Assembly (NCBI GenBank): GCA_050951805.1
Contig: JBMNJT010000002.1
Span: 544,001 to 608,000, forward strand
Direction: 5' to 3'
DNA from: Bacillota bacterium
Lineage (GTDB): Bacteria > Bacillota > DTU025
Length of the DNA: 64,000 nt
In this document: positions 61,640-64,000 of the stretch, piece after piece
Position numbering within the stretch: position 1 is the first letter of the stretch
Layout of the letters: every line of letters starts with the position of its first letter
Program-made: the position numbers and the translations under genes
Notes under the pieces: model-generated
Databases searched by the model: none
What the model was told of the DNA's origin: nothing
Seen by the model: only the letters and a program-made list of their open reading frames with translations

Positions 61640-62677
61640 TTACTGGAGGCGTTCGACTATACTTATGTCGTTTGAATCGCGCTGGATTGAGATAGTCTTG
61701 CCTTTGCTTTGGCCTGAGACTATCTGAACGTCGTAGATCTCCTTGGTGACCCCCACAACGGTGGCCAATGAACCGTCGCTTAGCCTTACTACAGTGCCAA
61801 GCGGGTAGGCGGCCACCACTTCGACGAAGCACTTGATTACCGTCGGGTTATAGCTTTTGCCTGCATCGCGCGTCAATTCTGCCAGGGCTTGGTGTGGCAT
61901 CATCGCTTCCCTGTAGGGCCTGTCAGAGGTCATGGCTTCGTACGAATCGGCGACGGCGACGACTTTTGCAAGGTCCAGGGTGTCAGCGTCTAGAAGTCCG
62001 CGGGGATAGCCCGAGCCATCGTACCTTTCATGATGTTGGAAAGCCACATGAGCGGGGATGAGTGGCATGTGCTTGCGCAACACTTGGAATCCGTCCCAAG
62101 GGTGCCTATGGATGACCTCCATTTCGTCAGCGTTAAGTGGCTCAGGTTTTGCCAGTATCTCTTTGGGTGTAAACAGCTTTCCCACATCGTGGAGCATTGC
62201 GCCGGATCCAAGGTCCACCAATTCGTATCTGTTCATGCCCATGTGGGCGCCGCAAAGGATCGACAGGACGCAGACATCGACTGAGTGTCCATATGTGTAA
62301 TCGTCGAAGGCCTTGATATCGGCCATGCTGTAGACTACGTTTGGATTGCTAAGCACTTGGTCGACGATGTCTTCGACGGTTTCACGCACGATGGCAAAGT
62401 CGATACGGTTTGAAGCGATGACAGATTCGGTGACAGCTTTCAGCGTCTCTCTGGCGTGCACGAGGGTCTCCTGCTTTACGGGACCTACAAGATTCTCGAT
62501 GGGTTCGTCAGGATAGCTCTTTACATAGAGAGCTGAAAAACGGAATTCCTTCAGTCTTTTTATGTAAGTCTCTTTCAGTGTAGTGTTGGCAGTGAGCAGA
62601 AGCTGGCCATGCGGGCCCCATATGTGCCTGGCTAGGATCATTCCGGGCTTGGCTTCATCTATGGAAATGTAGCGCAT
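61640..62677 (-). CDS. HD-GYP domain protein (putative cyclic dinucleotide phosphodiesterase)
   Basis: YTYGHS, LHDVGK, HHERYDGSGYP, VADSYEAMTSDRPYR. Confidence 0.92.
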   Translation of the reverse strand: MRYISIDEAKPGMILARHIWGPHGQLLLTANTTLKETYIKRLKEFRFSALYVKSYPDEPIENLVGPVKQETLVHARETLKAVTESVIASNRIDFAIVRETVEDIVDQVLSNPNVVYSMADIKAFDDYTYGHSVDVCVLSILCGAHMGMNRYELVDLGSGAMLHDVGKLFTPKEILAKPEPLNADEMEVIHRHPWDGFQVLRKHMPLIPAHVAFQHHERYDGSGYPRGLLDADTLDLAKVVAVADSYEAMTSDRPYREAMMPHQALAELTRDAGKSYNPTVIKCFVEVVAAYPLGTVVRLSDGSLATVVGVTKEIYDVQIVSGQSKGKTISIQRDSNDISIVERLQ

Positions 62678-62917
62678 TGCTATCCCCCGTTGTCAATTGC
62701 ATTTTATCGATTTCGGCTGCTATGCTATTGCTCGTCGTGATCTATCAATACTTTCCACAAAGAGCTGCAACATCCTGCTGCAGCAATTGGGCTTAGCGTC
62801 TGGAGAACGCGTGGCTTCTTGCTGGTGCTTCGGCCTCCCATTCTTGGGCAAACCCGGAGGCGGACAGTGTCTTGACTGGGCGTCGACATGGGTGATATAC
62901 TATGGAGGCACTTGATG

Positions 62918-63006
62918 GGAGGGGTGTCCGAGCGGTTTATGGAGCCGGTCTTGAAAACCGGTGTCTCAGAAATGGGCCGTGGGTTCGAATCCCACCCCCT
63001 CCGCCA
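62918..63006 (+). tRNA. tRNA-Ser(UGA)
   Basis: Type II tRNA, CCGGT-CT TGA AA-ACCGG, ends GCCA. Confidence 0.95.
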
Positions 63007-63059
63007 TAATTCGCAAATCGCGATGGATAGTTGTTTTTGACTCATGTATCAGCCTGTGC

Positions 63060-63150
63060 GGAGAGATACCCAAGTGGCTGAAGGGGATGGTTTGCTAAAC
63101 CATTAGTAGGGGAAACCCTAGCGGGGGTTCGAATCCCCCTCTCTCCGCCA
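63060..63150 (+). tRNA. tRNA-Ser(GCU)
   Basis: Type II tRNA, ATGGT-TT GCT AA-ACCAT, ends GCCA. Confidence 0.95.
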
Positions 63151-63163
63151 GTTTTATTCTTAT

Positions 63164-63208
63164 GGAGGCATGACCGGCTCGGAATAGGAGGTCATGCCCC
63201 TTTTCTTT
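63164..63208 (+). terminator. Intrinsic terminator after the tRNAs
   Basis: GGCATGACC...GGTCATGCC followed by TTTTCTTT. Confidence 0.75.
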
Positions 63209-63228
63209 GGACGCTGGGGGGGCGAGAC

Positions 63229-63987
63229 ATGGGCAAAAAGAATCATCTTCCAAAGCAATACCACACAAAGATCTGGCGGGCCATCTACGAATTCGGACTG
63301 ATTGAGCCGGATGATCGAATCCTTGTGGGCCTTTCAGGCGGCAAGGATAGCTTGTTCCTTACATATGCTTTGAAGATAATTCAGTCTTACTCCGCCATTC
63401 CCTTCACATTTGAGGCCGCCACGGTAGATATAGGTTTCTCCGACTTGTTTGACACCGCACGCATTGAGGAACAATGCGCATCGTTGGGTGTGGGCTGCCA
63501 TATCATCGGTACCCATATTGCCGACATAATAGAGGAACGCCGGGAGGACGAGAATCCATGTGCAGTATGTTCTTATTTTCGCAGGGCCGCTCTCAATCGC
63601 TACGCGTCGGAACATGGCTTCAATAAGGTGGCATTGGCTCATCATCAAGACGATGCGATGGAGACGTTTCTGATGAACATCCTCTACTCTGGGCGCGTGT
63701 ATGCCCTTCCATGGAAAACATACCTGTCCCGCACAGGGATAACCGTCATACGGCCTATGATGTATCTTTCCGAAAAGGATGTAGTCAAAGGGTTTAAGCG
63801 TACCGGACTCGAAGTTGTCGAGGCTTTCTGTCCGTATTCCGGGAACACGACACGTGCCAAGGTAAAACAGCTCATCCTCGATCTTGCGAAGGAAAATCGA
63901 AAAGTCCGTCCGAATTTGGCGGCAGCTATGCGCGATGGCGATGATGTGGAACTTTGGCCGCCAATTGTGCGTCATAACAGGAGCTAG
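63229..63987 (+). CDS. TtcA-family tRNA thiolation protein
   Basis: PP-loop SGGKDS, CAVC, AHHQDD, IRPM, CP. Confidence 0.88.
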   Translation: MGKKNHLPKQYHTKIWRAIYEFGLIEPDDRILVGLSGGKDSLFLTYALKIIQSYSAIPFTFEAATVDIGFSDLFDTARIEEQCASLGVGCHIIGTHIADIIEERREDENPCAVCSYFRRAALNRYASEHGFNKVALAHHQDDAMETFLMNILYSGRVYALPWKTYLSRTGITVIRPMMYLSEKDVVKGFKRTGLEVVEAFCPYSGNTTRAKVKQLILDLAKENRKVRPNLAAAMRDGDDVELWPPIVRHNRS

Positions 63988-64000
63988 CTTTGTTGACACG

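Noticed and set aside
1-64000. CRISPR array, prophage or intact transposase
   Set aside because: No short regularly spaced repeats and no phage or IS proteins recognised; the only large repeat is the coding pntB triplication.
1-64000. Numerous long antisense or overlapping ORFs in the track (for example 9412-10404, 23120-24091, 51957-52841)
   Set aside because: Shadow frames of well-supported genes, with no recognisable motifs.

Overview
About 64 kb of chromosome from an anaerobic Bacillota-like bacterium. The assignment is inferred from a T-box, AbrB, a LysM-GH18 spore-type protein and the coaX...dusB-greA-lysS synteny; SPase-I rather than lipoprotein signals on binding proteins hint at a diderm lineage. 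Most of the window is housekeeping or metabolic: P5C dehydrogenase, mnmA, a TIGR00300 ornithine cyclodeaminase-like protein, pncA, pntAA/AB/B, a BMP-type ABC importer, two-subunit fumarase, a GGT-family hydrolase, coaX, hflX, dusB, greA, lysS, nagB, pdxS, glyA, porCDAB, serS with a Ser T-box, three tRNAs and a TtcA-family gene. The standout is 33.1-39.0 kb. A Moco-RNA (molybdenum/tungsten cofactor) riboswitch candidate lacking P3 precedes a five-gene operon: a membrane-anchored metallophosphoesterase, a secreted protein and an ECF S-component, which together carry four sulfite-oxidase-fold (molybdopterin-binding-like) domains apparently lacking the Mo-ligating Cys, followed by a dedicated ECF ATPase and T component. 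I interpret this as a candidate Moco/Wco (pterin cofactor) scavenging and import system. Other oddities are a PntB with three tandem NADP(H)-binding domains (543-bp repeat), a decayed group II intron RT lacking its YADD motif, a T-box with a long stem-I insertion and a GH18 with Gln in place of the catalytic Glu. All family calls come from motif recognition by eye; no searches were run.
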